Shown piece by piece: positions 10,615-21,228 of a stretch of DNA of 64,000 bases. Every line of letters begins with the position of its first letter. The first letter of the stretch is position 1. The notes below the pieces were generated by a model, which did no database searches, was not told the DNA's origin, and saw nothing but the letters and a program-made list of their open reading frames with translations. The stretch is from Microcoleus sp. GTDB lineage: Bacteria > Cyanobacteriota > Cyanobacteriia > Cyanobacteriales > Microcoleaceae. The stretch covers positions 4,768,001 through 4,832,000 of the forward strand of contig CP181291.1 of assembly GCA_052279835.1 (NCBI GenBank), read 5' to 3'. The position numbers were made by a program, and so were the translations under genes.

Positions 10615-11127
10615 GAAAGATCGACAGAGATTGAAATGCTGTTCAAAATTTAGCTAAACTTCTGTTGGAAAAAGTAAAGCAAGTTCTGCCTGATGTTGAG
10701 ACTGTGAAATCCTAGGAGGCGACTCCCCATAGTTAAGCAGTGAGAAAACATCAACTTACAGCGAGTAAATGCTGGTTAAGTTTCACAGAACGGATTATTG
10801 CTCAAAACCATAACCTGTGTTAATTGCTTTTAGATTGGAGATTCACGATTTATCTAATTTTGGATGAATTTTATATGTGTGGATCGGCTCGAAAATAATC
10901 CCTATTCAATAGGTATAAATATTTACCGGGGCAGCCATTAAACTGCCCCATACTTTTGAAAAAGGAGGGGGATTGTTGGCAAATAAATATAATAAACTGC
11001 TTGATTGACCTGAAATAATTTAGTTGGATTGAACGGCGGAATAAATTATATATTTTATGGCGAGGGCTAAACGGAGAGACTTATTGAATTTAACTTGGTT
11101 CATCACATATTGATAGACAAAAAGACT

Positions 11128-11379
11128 GTGCAAAAAAAACAAAAATTTCCTTATTTAGTTGGTTCCCGATGGACAGCAAAGCAAAAAACTTGGGGGTGGC
11201 GGCATTTTCAAGTAGTCAACCGAAAAAACCAAGGTAAATGGGTATTTGCAGAAATGGTGGCGGCTTGCGATCCGAATGTCCGTTTCTGGCTGAATTCGGA
11301 ACAGCTCAAAGATCGATCGCTGTGGCAAGCTGGATGGCAGTCCACCCAAGAACTAGAGGATTTAGAAGTTGCAGAGTAA
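11128..11379 (+). CDS. TIGR02450-family Trp-rich protein
   Basis: FPYLVGSRWTA...GWRHFQVV...W..GW signature. Confidence 0.85.
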   Translation: MQKKQKFPYLVGSRWTAKQKTWGWRHFQVVNRKNQGKWVFAEMVAACDPNVRFWLNSEQLKDRSLWQAGWQSTQELEDLEVAE

Positions 11380-11539
11380 AATATTTGAGAATACAGGGCC
11401 TAGGGCATGGAACCTAGTTAGTTCCTTTTGAGACAAGGAAGTAAGGCTTCCCATTTGCACTCTATTGTGGTTGGATAAGAAGTCTACAGTATGAGCACTT
11501 TCAAACTAAAGCTTGGTGGATCAGCAAAGGCATAAAACA

Positions 11540-12214
11540 ATGAAAAAAACTGTATCGGTCTTCGTGTGTTTGCTAATTACTGCTACATTGGGAGGTGGAG
11601 TTGCGCAACTGTCGATCGCCACTCCAGGAGTCGATCGTAGCAAAAATCAAGCTGCCAATATTGCAGAACCCGCAGCGGACTTATCCAATTTAGTCATTCC
11701 TTTACAAGACTTACCTCCGGGTTTTACAGAGATTTCATCAGGGGCTGCAAATTTCAAAAATCAACTTAACCAGAACCCTAACTTTAAGCCAGCAAGTGTC
11801 TTCGCTTACCAAAAGATTGAGCAGAAGCAGTTTCAATTGCTTATCGGATTTACAACGCAACTATCCGATTCGATGAAACAAGCTAAGTTTGATGAGGAAA
11901 TCAGTGCAGGGACTGCGGCTAAGGAATTCTCTCAAGGGTTAAATAGTAACAAAGAAATGCAGTTTACGAATCCTACCGCTTTAACTTTGCAAGACAAGAC
12001 TGGTGAGGTATCTGCTGGCTGGAGAAGTCAAGGAAAATTACAAAATATACCAATCAATGTAGATTTTGCTATATTTAGACGGGGAAAAATAGGGGCTTTT
12101 ACGGCAATTATGTATATCGATGGTACTCAGCCAACTTTAACGATTAACGATGCAGCGCGCAAACTCGACAGCCGGATGATGGAATTGAAACCTGATTTAA
12201 CTAAACCGCAATAA
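11540..12214 (+). CDS. Secreted hypothetical protein
   Basis: MKK plus hydrophobic signal peptide; DLPPGF motif. Confidence 0.75.
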   Translation: MKKTVSVFVCLLITATLGGGVAQLSIATPGVDRSKNQAANIAEPAADLSNLVIPLQDLPPGFTEISSGAANFKNQLNQNPNFKPASVFAYQKIEQKQFQLLIGFTTQLSDSMKQAKFDEEISAGTAAKEFSQGLNSNKEMQFTNPTALTLQDKTGEVSAGWRSQGKLQNIPINVDFAIFRRGKIGAFTAIMYIDGTQPTLTINDAARKLDSRMMELKPDLTKPQ

Positions 12215-12313
12215 ATGTGGCATTGGAACCCGTAAAAAACGGTGTTTATTTTGGGTTCTAGTTCTAGATGTGAATAGGTAGGAAACCCTCGTGCTAATGA
12301 CTGAATATGGTTA

Positions 12314-12368
12314 TTCCCAATTCCCGATTCCCAATTCCCAATTCCCAATTCCCGATTCCCGATTCCCT
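12314..12368. repeat. Heptamer STRR (TTCCCRA)n
   Basis: About 8 tandem TTCCCAA/TTCCCGA units just before the scpB start. Confidence 0.9.
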
Positions 12369-12369
12369 A

Positions 12370-12885
12370 ATGACTCGTTTAGCAACTACCATAGAAGCCA
12401 TACTTTACCTCAAAGGTCAGCCCGTATCGATCGCAGAGATTGCGGAAATTGCCAAGTGCGATCGCACCGATGTCGAAGATGCCATCATCGAACTGATGTC
12501 GGACTCTGCTCACCGCGACAGTGCCTTAGAAGTCGTGGAAACCCCTACAGGATACAGCCTGCAACTGAGAGAAGAGTTTGCCAGTTTAATGCAAACTTTG
12601 ATACCTCCAGAATTAGGTATTGGAGCTTTGCGGACACTAGCGGCGATCGCCCTCAAAGGTGGCATCGCTCAGCCAGACTTAGTTAATTTAAGAGGTTCAG
12701 GTGCTTACCAACAAGTGCAAGAACTTGTCGAACTCGGTTTTGTCCGCAAACGACGACCAAGCGAAAGCCGCTCGTATTGGCTACAAGTTACCGACAAATT
12801 TCATCGGTATTTTCAAGTAGATCAACTGCCCAAACAACTACAAATTGACTTTCAGGCAAATTTGTACCCAAGCAATGACGAGTAG
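12370..12885 (+). CDS. scpB: SMC-Scp complex subunit ScpB
   Basis: IEAILYL, GYSLQL, LRTLAAIA and LRGSGAY motifs. ATG at 12370 follows the STRR. Confidence 0.93.
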   Translation: MTRLATTIEAILYLKGQPVSIAEIAEIAKCDRTDVEDAIIELMSDSAHRDSALEVVETPTGYSLQLREEFASLMQTLIPPELGIGALRTLAAIALKGGIAQPDLVNLRGSGAYQQVQELVELGFVRKRRPSESRSYWLQVTDKFHRYFQVDQLPKQLQIDFQANLYPSNDE

Positions 12886-12927
12886 TTTAAACTAGAATGT
12901 AACAAGCCAGAAATTAAGAATCGCCAA

Positions 12928-13275
12928 ATGGTTTTTCACCCTGACTTTGACAGTTCCAATGCCAAACAAGCCACAGACAATCCACTTTTGAAGTACCTCC
13001 AACACCAATCCCCAGAGGTTTTAGATCGCGTTGCCAAGTCCGTCAGCCCAGAGATCAAAGAGATTATCTCTCACAACGTTCAAGGACTTGTAGGCATCTT
13101 GCCTTCAGACAATTTTAGCGTGCAAATTACTACCGACCGAGAAAACTTAGCGGGTTTGCTGGCTTCAGCGATGATGACTGGCTATTTTCTCCGACAAATG
13201 GAGCAAAGGATGCAGTTAGAAGAAAATTTGGCAAGCACCAGCTCGATTAAACCAAAATCTGCCGACGGCAAATAA
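12928..13275 (+). CDS. DUF760 domain protein
   Basis: NPLL.YLQ...RENLAGLLASAMMTGYFLRQMEQR signature. Confidence 0.88.
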   Translation: MVFHPDFDSSNAKQATDNPLLKYLQHQSPEVLDRVAKSVSPEIKEIISHNVQGLVGILPSDNFSVQITTDRENLAGLLASAMMTGYFLRQMEQRMQLEENLASTSSIKPKSADGK

Positions 13276-13397
13276 AAATTTGAACTGTTTGGGAAAGATG
13301 TTTGGAAAAGACAGGCTCAAAAATGGGTCGAGGGCGCGAGGGTATGAAAGTCATTCAAACCAAACCAAGAATCAAATTCATCCTCGCTCCCCTGCGA

Positions 13398-14615
13398 CTA
13401 GCCACCGGCCGAGTTGCCTGAAATGGGAAAAGCACCAGGACGCACTTTAACTTTCTGAGTTTGACCCTGACGGTTGATTTCCATTTCCAGTTCTTTGCCT
13501 ACAGCAGTATTTTCCACCCTTTCTTGTACGTCCCCTGGATTATCAACCGCAATGCCATCAATTTTGGCAATCACGTCTCCGGGACGCAAGCCAGCTTTTT
13601 GAGCGGGGGAATTTTCCACAATGCGGGTCACGGCTACTCCTTTATCGAGGGAAATCTTAGCATTGAGCTGTTTGTTGACTTCTGCCTGTGTGGCGGGAGT
13701 CAAGCTGACCATTTGAATGCCGAGATAGGGATGTTCCGCTTTACCTTTGGCGAATAGCTGATCGGAAACTCGTTTGGCAGTTTCGATGGGAATGGCAAAG
13801 CCCAAGCCCTGAGCATCGGCACGAATGGCAGTGTTGATGCCGATGACCTCACCTTGGTCGTTGAGTAGTGGGCCGCCAGAATTGCCGGGGTTGATGGCGG
13901 CGTCGGTTTGGATAAATCGGACTCGTTTGTCGGGGATGCCTACTTGGGAGCTCGATCGACCTGTAGCGCTGATAATACCGACAGTCACTGTATTGTCAAG
14001 ACCCAAAGGATTGCCAATGGCGATCGCCCATTGTCCGGGTACGATATTATCCGATCGACCCAAAGCCACTAGAGGCAAGTTTGAAGCATTAATTTTCACC
14101 ACAGCCACATCCGTCAGTAAATCGACCCCCTGGACTCTACCCTCAAACTCTCGGCCGTCTTTGAGGGTCACTTTCACAATCTCACTGCCGGAAACAACAT
14201 GAGCATTAGTAACTATCCGGCCATCAGAAGTGAGAATAAACCCCGAACCTGTACCCCGTTTAATTTTTTCTTCCGGTACTGGCAAATTCTCGCCAAAAAA
14301 CCTGCGAAACAAAGGATTTTTGAAAGCTTCCGGCACTTGATTGACGACTTTGCTTGAGGCGTCAATTCTGACGACAGCCGGGCCGACTTTTTGGGCGGCT
14401 TCTGCAATAAAATTAGAATTGTCGCGATCGGGCTGTCGATCGGATGGGACGGGAACAGACGCATAAGGCGGGATTTGTTGGCGTACCACGGGCAAAACCG
14501 AGCCAGTTTCCAAGGCGTTTGGACTTTGGAGATAGCGATTTCCCAACCATCCCATACCTCCACCGATGGACAGCAACGTCAGATAAAGGGTCAATTGCTT
14601 AAAAGATAAACTCAT
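13398..14615 (-). CDS. HtrA/HhoA-HhoB family serine protease with PDZ domain
   Basis: TNAHV, DVAVVK and GNSGGPL catalytic triad motifs; C-terminal PDZ domain. Confidence 0.95.
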   Translation of the reverse strand: MSLSFKQLTLYLTLLSIGGGMGWLGNRYLQSPNALETGSVLPVVRQQIPPYASVPVPSDRQPDRDNSNFIAEAAQKVGPAVVRIDASSKVVNQVPEAFKNPLFRRFFGENLPVPEEKIKRGTGSGFILTSDGRIVTNAHVVSGSEIVKVTLKDGREFEGRVQGVDLLTDVAVVKINASNLPLVALGRSDNIVPGQWAIAIGNPLGLDNTVTVGIISATGRSSSQVGIPDKRVRFIQTDAAINPGNSGGPLLNDQGEVIGINTAIRADAQGLGFAIPIETAKRVSDQLFAKGKAEHPYLGIQMVSLTPATQAEVNKQLNAKISLDKGVAVTRIVENSPAQKAGLRPGDVIAKIDGIAVDNPGDVQERVENTAVGKELEMEINRQGQTQKVKVRPGAFPISGNSAGG

Positions 14616-14859
14616 AAGAAGCTCCTGATAGGTTTGGAAACTCAGTCACCAACAGTGCTGAGCTAGTTATTTAACAACTCCCGTGGGATACCCAGAGGCT
14701 TTATAATACCTAGCCAAAACTTGCCCAGTCTATATTTAGCTGGACATTCGTAATTCTGGTGTTTATTTCTTGTTTTATCCTAGCGTTAAACCGCAAACTT
14801 GTATTTCTCGGTACTAGCTCTCAGTTCTGGAAGCAGTTTCAGGAATTGAAGGGCGATCG

Positions 14860-14980
14860 CCTTTGTATCCAACTTAGGCAAATTGTAGTCAATTTCTAGT
14901 CAACTAGACCCATTGATAGTCCCAATTCCGAGCAATAAAAAACCTCAAACCGTTCATTTGTAGTTGGTTTGAGGTTTTTA
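14860..14980. mobile_element. Orphan tRNA-proximal end of a third integrative element (arm repeats plus terminator-like hairpin)
   Basis: Closely similar to 19110-19215 and 29140-29250 (TAGTCAA repeats, AAAAACCTCAAAC..GTTTGAGGTTTTT). Confidence 0.7.
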
Positions 14981-14982
14981 TA

Positions 14983-15123
14983 GAACGGATTCTGGAACTA
15001 CAGGCCAAGGGCTATGGCAAGGCAAAAATCATCCTTGAGATTTGGGGCGTAACCAAGGGCGGTAGTCCCAAGTACAAGGCTGCTGAGGCTGAGTATAATC
15101 GCTTGAAGTGTGAGGATAGATAG
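14983..15123 (+). pseudogene. 3' fragment of a paralog of the 22354-22923 gene
   Basis: Translates to ERILELQAKGYGKAKIILEIWGVTKGGSPKYKAAEAEYNRL, versus ERVLQLKAKGWGKAKIIFEIWGISKGGSAKYKAAEAEYKRL in the 22354 protein. Confidence 0.9.
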
Positions 15124-15235
15124 GTTGCAGCGGGAGAGAAGCAAATAAACAGTGATTGTTTTCGGAAACCCGTAGGGTTTTCAACGCTTGTTTACTGCTT
15201 CTTTTCTGTGCTGTCAGAGTGTTATCAAAATCAGA

Positions 15236-16002
15236 GTTCTTAACAAGTATTTTGCATCTTTCCATCCAACTATTTGACCGTTCAATCACCCACCTTGCCC
15301 TAACCGGAACAAATCCCGATTTCCCCGCGGCTTCTTTTTGTAGTTTTGATGGTTTTTTTGAGATTTCAAACTTAATTTTGGTCAGAATCTGTGGATAAAT
15401 CTTCTTTAACTCAATAGTCAGACGTTCAGGGTGATAACCGTGGTCTAGCAATATTGTGATTTTGGGAATATTGACGGGTTTAGACTTGAAATAATCGATG
15501 TTTTTACTCAACATTTCAATCAAACCCGCATCATCTGATACATTGGCTTTTGTACAATGAGTAAAGAAGGGAAACCCAAGCGTATCAACGGCTAGATGCC
15601 TTTTAATACCATTCGTCGATTTGTATAAACAAAATCCTTTCGATGCAATACTGGCATTACAGGTGTTTTTCACGGCTTGTGAGTCGATAATTATCAACGC
15701 AGTCCACTTCGGTTTTTTTTGACTTGTTCGCGTACTTGAGAATGTAAGACTTTCATCAATTCTTCAAGCACTACTTCTGAGCGCCATTGCTTGTAATACC
15801 AATATACAGTTGAGTAGGGTGGTAAGTCTTTAGGTAAGTCTTCCCAATTACACCCATTCTTAAGTTGATAGAAGATACCATCTAAGATTTCTCTTTTAGT
15901 CCAGCTAGGAGGTCGAGTTGGCTTTTTAACGGGTAATATTTGATGTAGTAGAGGCTCGAGAATTTCCCATTCGGAGTCCGTTAGGTTACTAGAATACGGC
16001 AT
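15236..16002 (-). pseudogene. IS5-family transposase (frameshift-expressed, C-terminally truncated)
   Basis: orfA has MPYSSNLTDSEW...NGCNWEDLPKDLPPYSTVY. orfB has IIDSQAVK, KRHLAVDTLG and RWVIERSNSW. Homology stops at KILVKN. Confidence 0.88.
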
Positions 16003-16122
16003 GATGGCTTTCGGGTCTTTTTCTGGTAATTTTACCTCAAAACTTGATGGGGGACAACCAACTCGAAAACCAATCGAGCGCGATCTTTTAAACCGAACCA
16101 CCTCAAAAAAAGAGCTTTTATG

Positions 16123-16257
16123 GGCGATCGCCTGCTGTGAAGCCGATCGACTGCTGTGAGCCGATCGACTGCTGTGAGCTGATCGACTGCTGTGAGCCGA
16201 TCGACTGCTGTGAGCCGATCGACTGCTGTGAGCCGATCGACTGCTGCGGGCGATCGT
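16123..16257. repeat. 18-bp tandem repeat GCCGATCGACTGCTGTGA (about 7 copies) with HIP1-core CGATCG
   Basis: Direct tandem units with no spacers. Confidence 0.93.
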
Positions 16258-16280
16258 TAAAAGATCTCAAATGGGTTCTA

Positions 16281-16826
16281 TATTAGTGGCGATCGACCAC
16301 ACTGCATGGGGGAGACCATTCGCCAAAACCTTAAAAGACAGAACCCATGAATATCAGGGGGGCGTAATTATAGGACAGGGGTACAGTACAATTGCCTGGA
16401 TACCTGAAGCTCATGGAAGTTGGGCATTACCCCTGCTCCATGAACGAATTAGTAGTGAGTCTTCACCGATACTTCAAGCAGCTTCCCAACTCAAACTTGT
16501 CTGTGAACAGAGCGTCAACCCAGTTTTAGCAGTTTTAGACCGACAATATGGCAATGCAACCTGGGTATTAGCACAAGCAGATATTCAAGCTGATTGCTTA
16601 ATGAGAGTCCGAAAGAATGCCTGCTTATGGTCAGCACCACCAGCCTATAGTGGTCGCGGTAGACCACGAAAACACGGGTCTAAAATGAGACTCAATGACC
16701 CAACCACATGGCTTCAAGCTGATACTGCGATCGAAATTGACGAACATCCAGAGTTGGGACAAGTCCGAGTCAGACAATGGCTTGACTTACATTTTTATCG
16801 TGCCCCTGCGCAGAAAGTCAATTTAA
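16281..16826 (+). pseudogene. IS701-like (DDE) transposase internal fragment
   Basis: AIDHT.W.RP, WALPL..ERI, DRQYG and GRGRPRKHG motifs. Bounded by IS5 on the left and IS1634 on the right. Confidence 0.8.
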
Positions 16827-18766
16827 CCCACATTCCGCACCCCCAACTGGCACATACGCGGATTGAGGGGATAAAAGTGAATCATCCGAGACCAAGCGTG
16901 AGTAAAAATACTCAATAATTTCGGTCACGCGAGCGTTAAGAATTCCTGACAAGAGACGTGAGGGCGTGAGTCCTATCTGATGTAAGTTAAAATTGCGATC
17001 CTCTGCGAGGGCTGCGCTAACGGTAAAAACCAAGTTTATGACCTCACTGTTACCCGATCGCAGCCACGAAAAAGCGTTAATTGCGATCGCTCTTCCGTAA
17101 CCAATCATCACCAAAAATAGTGTAAACTAGCGATCGCGATCGACGCTCAAATCAGGATCGAGCAGCCCATGCAGAAAGCATCTGAGATGACAGTAGAAAA
17201 CCTAGACCATCTGGGTCTAGTAGCCGGCCTAATTGATGAAATAGGAATTGTCCAAAAAATCAATGAATTAGTCGGCGAACAACCGGGCGAAATAGTCAGT
17301 CCCGGCCTGGTAGTCAAAGCCATGATTATCAATGGATTAGGGATGGTTTCCGCCCCACTCTACTCCCATCTCTAAATTTTTTGAAGGGAAAGCAATAGAA
17401 CATTTACTTGGATCAGGGATTCAAGCATCGCATCTCAATGATGACCGTTTAGGCAGAGTATTAGATAAATTATATTTGTCAGGAATTACGGAAATATTCA
17501 CAACCATTGCCCTGGAAGCCGCTCAAAAATTCGAGATAAATATGGTTAACTCGTGTACCGCTGAGCCTCAAACAAGCGCAGCAACTGGTATCTCAGCTAA
17601 ATGAATCAGAATTTCATCAAAGTTCAGTGACCGGATATCGTTGGTCAGAACACAAAAGTAATTATGGTGGAATTGAACAAAGATGGTTAGTAGTAGAGAG
17701 CAGTTTACGTCGTGATGCTGACCAACGTAAATTATCAAAAAACCTGAAAAAAGCTGAAATTGAGGGTCAGAAAAAGTTGCGAGAGTTATCAAATATTGAA
17801 TTTGCTTGTTCAGCCGATGCCTCGGCAGCAGCAAATCGTTTATCCAAACAACTAAAATATCATAATTTAACCCAAATTACCAGCAGACAAACTACAGTAA
17901 AACCCGCTACTAATTCGACAATTTCTCATGACAACTCTAGCTCTAGCTTGATATTTAAAGTTGAAGCAAAACTGGAATTAGATGCTAGCGTGATAGCTTG
18001 CATAACCAAAGCTAGTGGCAGATTTATCTTAGCTACTAATGTACTGGATGTATCACAATTAAATCCTGATGAAATGATTGTCAAATATAAGGAACAGCAG
18101 TCGGCAGAGAGAGGGTTTGGGTTCCTGAAAGACCCCCTATTTTTTACGGATAGCGTGTTTCTCAAGTCGCCGGAAAGAATCGAGGCTTTAACTTTGGTAA
18201 TGGGTTTATGTTTGTTGGTTTATACTTTAGGTCAAAGGTTACTCCGGCAAAACTTGCAACTCACTAATAAAACCGTAAAAAATCAATTTGGCAAGATCAC
18301 AAATCGACCTACTTTGCGCTGGATATTCCAAAGTTTTCAATCGATTCATGCCGTTTGTATTCAAGGGATTCAACAAGTTTCTAATTTGACATCTGAACGG
18401 TTGGCTATATTAAATTTGTTTCCAGTCACCTGTCGGTCTTATCATTTTTTGTTGTGAAATGAAATAAATTATGGATTGATAAAACTGACTTACATTTAAA
18501 TAATTGTAGGTGCAGCAGTGATGTATAATTGTCATAATGCTGGCGATATATGCTGGAAATTAATAGTTAGTAATGGTCTGATTTTTGACGTTTTATGGGT
18601 GAAGAAGATTTAATTCATGCCCTCACGTTAATTTTGAGGAATTCCTAACGCTCGTGATGCGATCGTTGCACAGATTTTTGGGTGTTTTTACTCACGCTTG
18701 GTCTCGGATGATTCACTTTTACCCCCTCAATCCGCGTATGTGCCAGTTGGGGGTGCGGAATGTGGG
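16827..18766 (+). mobile_element. IS1634-family element with long terminal inverted repeats
   Basis: The ends CCCACATTCCGCACCCCCAAC... are inverted over 82 bp with 1 mismatch. An IS1634-type transposase lies inside. Confidence 0.9.
17187..18457 (+). pseudogene. IS1634-family transposase, frameshifted and internally deleted
   Basis: ENLDHLGLVAGLIDE N-terminus, frameshift near 17365, apparent deletion near 17550-17620, and C-terminal YKEQ..ERGFGFLKDP...LKSPERIEAL. Confidence 0.88.
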
Positions 18767-19046
18767 ATTAAAAGCGGCCAACAGGCAACTTGCAGAATGG
18801 GACAAAGAGCTCAATCAGTTACACGAGCGCAACGGCGACTTGGGCTTGAAGGTTCAGATGTTGGAGGAAGAGCTTGAGAGGATGACGAGCGATCGGGGAG
18901 AAAATAGAAATTCGGTTCCGACCGTCGCAGAATTCCCAGAGCCGGCCGAACTGCTTAACCAGTTAAAAGCGCGACGCAAAAAGTCTAAGGCGGACTTGGC
19001 TGATATCGACGCTATTCTGGGGTTTATAGTCGCCTATAACGACTGA
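18767..19046 (+). pseudogene. 3' fragment of a paralog of the 28636-29022 coiled-coil ORF
   Basis: EFPEPAELLNQLKARRKKSKADLADI versus EFPEPADLFNQLKGRRKKSRTDLADI. The 5' part is lost at the IS1634 junction. Confidence 0.85.
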
Positions 19047-19065
19047 AAGCCAGTTTAGATATGGG

Positions 19066-19139
19066 TTGTATTCAATTTGTATTCAAACGAGGCAATTTGT
19101 ATTCAATTTCTAGTCAAATCGTAGTCAATTTCTAGTCAG
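19066..19139. repeat. Mostly 11-bp-period arm-type repeats (TTGTATTCAA / TTCTAGTCAA) of the second element
   Basis: About 6 related units next to the att core. Confidence 0.7.
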
Positions 19140-19224
19140 CTAGACCCCTTGATAGTCCCAAAAATCAGCAAAGAAAAACCTCAAACCGTTGATTTATCGT
19201 GGGTTTGAGGTTTTTCTAGGCATA

Positions 19225-19267
19225 AGCGGGCAGCGGGAATCGAACCCGCATAGTTAGCTTGGAAGGC
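19225..19267 (-). repeat. att core: 43-bp duplication of the tRNA-Gly 3' half
   Basis: Identical to 29259-29301 (AGCGGGCAGCGGGAATCGAACCCGCATAGTTAGCTTGGAAGGC). Confidence 0.95.
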
Positions 19268-19338
19268 GCTAGGAGAGAATTACTCAATCCTTTACACAGT
19301 ATCGATTATTAATATTTTGGTTTTCCATACAGGCAGAA

Positions 19339-19365
19339 TGATACTCACTTGATACTCAGTTTGGT
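19339..19365. repeat. Integrase arm-type repeats TGATACTCA(C/G)T
   Basis: The same motif occurs at 29089-29126 and 29152-29174 at the other end of the element. Confidence 0.75.
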
Positions 19366-19402
19366 AAAATTGGTAGGTCAATTTCAAGTGAGGAATGTGC
19401 TC

Positions 19403-20647
19403 ATGACTGAGAAATCTGGGTCACGTAGCAGAGCTTCTTATGGTTCTGTCGTGGTGCAAAACTTTAGAGGGAGGTTGCGACTGCGATTGCCGAGGCATCT
19501 CTACGAGGGGGAGCAAAAATACTTATCCTTGGGGATGTCGGACACTCCCGAAAACTGGGAACTGGCAGAAGCTAAAGCACAGTTGATTGAATCTGATATC
19601 AAGTTTGAACGGTTTGACCCCACACTCAAAAAGTACAAGTCACAGACTCACCTGACTGTGATTGAGACTATCAAGCCTAGACCGGAACTGACGCTTACTC
19701 AGTTGTTCTCTAGGTATTTGGAATTTAAGAAGCCCGCGCTCAAGGCAACAACCTTCAATTACTTGGTGACGGGTATTCAAAGCTATGTTGACCGTTGCCC
19801 TCACCAGCCTTTGTCTGAGGACGGTGCTTTGCAGGTACGCGCGTGGTTGTTGGAGGACACTACCAACAGCATGACTAAGAGGATTTTGACTCACCTAAAT
19901 GCAGCGGTGAAGTGGGGGATTAAGTTCAAGATTGTCAAGGGATTAACCGTATCGCCATTTGAAGGGATGGCGACTGAATTGCCTAAGCACAACTGGGAAA
20001 GTGACCCTGAACCTAATGCTTTTACAGCCCAAGAAAAAGAGCTTGTACTGGAAGCTTTTAGGAATCACAGAGGGACTTGGAACGGTAGGGGTGAAACTGG
20101 ACAAAAGTTTTGTTTTTATTACCCTATGGTGCAATTCTGGCTGCTGACTGGATGCCGTCCATCCGAGGCTGTTGGACTGAGGTGGTGTGACATAGCTAGT
20201 GACTTTTCTCACATTGTTTTCAATGGGAGCGTTCAGCATCCAGGCGCTAAGGAGACTAGGGTTGAGGGTAGTAAGAATAATAAACGTCGTAAGTTTCCTT
20301 GCAATCAAGAACTGATTGATTTGTTGAAAAGTATCAAACCGAAAAGTCTGACTGATAAAGAGAAACTGGTTTTTCCATCACCTATTAAGGGCGGGGCGAT
20401 TAATTACAACAATTTCACTAAACAGGTGTGGCATAAGTTGGTTGACCCGATTACCGAAAACAGTCGGAAACACCAACAGGATTGTCAGACAACTACTCCC
20501 TATTCTTGCCGGGATACTTTTATCAGTGAACAGGTTGGCAAGGGTGTACCGAGTGCGGTTGTGGCTAAGTGGTGTGATACGTCGGAAAGGGTGATTAATT
20601 CTGTGTATTTAGATGGCAAGATTTTGGAGCATTTACGTCCGCTCTGA
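19403..20647 (+). CDS. Tyrosine recombinase/integrase with N-terminal arm-DNA-binding domain
   Basis: RGRLRLRLP...YLSLG..DT..N arm domain. Catalytic region has LTGCRPSEA, YSCRDTF and the terminal INSVY. Confidence 0.93.
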   Translation: MTEKSGSRSRASYGSVVVQNFRGRLRLRLPRHLYEGEQKYLSLGMSDTPENWELAEAKAQLIESDIKFERFDPTLKKYKSQTHLTVIETIKPRPELTLTQLFSRYLEFKKPALKATTFNYLVTGIQSYVDRCPHQPLSEDGALQVRAWLLEDTTNSMTKRILTHLNAAVKWGIKFKIVKGLTVSPFEGMATELPKHNWESDPEPNAFTAQEKELVLEAFRNHRGTWNGRGETGQKFCFYYPMVQFWLLTGCRPSEAVGLRWCDIASDFSHIVFNGSVQHPGAKETRVEGSKNNKRRKFPCNQELIDLLKSIKPKSLTDKEKLVFPSPIKGGAINYNNFTKQVWHKLVDPITENSRKHQQDCQTTTPYSCRDTFISEQVGKGVPSAVVAKWCDTSERVINSVYLDGKILEHLRPL

Positions 20648-20844
20648 TGCTGTTAGGATGTTGATTCTAGGGGCAACTTTTGCGAAACAAAACTTTACAG
20701 TCCCTCTGTTGACAAGGGGCTGCGAACCTGTAATCGTGAGTAACTAAGGAAGATTTGATATGCGCGGTTAACCCGGTGTTGGCACACCAGATTAACTACG
20801 ACTTCCCCAAACCGTTAATTCCCAACGTTTGGAGCCGATAAATT

Positions 20845-21228
20845 ATGACATTTTTAGACGATTGTCTTTGCGGACGATCGCAACACTTAACGTTTCCGCG
20901 TCGTGAACTATTACAAAAAGCAGCGTCGTACGCTTTGCTGCTTTTTGCGTCGCGTCCTAAATCAGTTGTCAAGTTGCCCACAAAATACCCCGCACCGGAT
21001 TTTGCGATCGGCGATAAAGTTGCCAGTTACTGGCCCGCTGATACTTACGATGACGACGGTAATGTGCCTGGGCCAGAAATCGGTGAAGTAACTGGGATTT
21101 GCTGGCATCCTACAAGCCATCAGTGGAAGTACCAAATTAACTGGACTAGCGGTGCTTGCGAAGCTTGGGCATATCCGAATTTTGAGGAATTATTGTCTGA
21201 TGCCAGCGACTTAGAGAGGTTGGCATGA
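20845..21228 (+). CDS. Hypothetical protein (SH3/KOW-like C-terminus)
   Basis: First gene of a coupled operon. P.F.IGDKV...GEVTGI.W...WKYQI.W pattern. Confidence 0.7.
   Translation: MTFLDDCLCGRSQHLTFPRRELLQKAASYALLLFASRPKSVVKLPTKYPAPDFAIGDKVASYWPADTYDDDGNVPGPEIGEVTGICWHPTSHQWKYQINWTSGACEAWAYPNFEELLSDASDLERLA

Larger units (their letters stand above)
15236..16280 (-). mobile_element. IS5-family element, truncated at its 3' end
   Basis: Two-ORF transposase joined at an A8 run. The left end is TAGAACCCATTTGAGATCTT (minus strand, 16261-16280). No matching right end is seen. Confidence 0.8.

Noticed and set aside
12291..12686. Alternative ORFs over the scpB 5' region
   Set aside because: They are artefacts of the heptamer STRR and frame overlap with scpB.
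15029..15235. C-terminal part of ORF 15029-15697 as transposase
   Set aside because: It is read-through into the antisense strand of an element gene remnant after the IS5 truncation.
16123..16257. CRISPR array (also considered for 27609-27745, 29808-30345 and 63891-64000)
   Set aside because: The units are contiguous with no unique spacers, and there are no cas genes in the window.
18654..18766. N-terminus of ORF 18654-19046
   Set aside because: It is encoded by the IS1634 right TIR, so the ORF is chimeric.
19225..19267. Second tRNA-Gly gene
   Set aside because: Only the 3' 43 nt are present. The D-arm and 5' acceptor strand are missing, so this is the att duplication.
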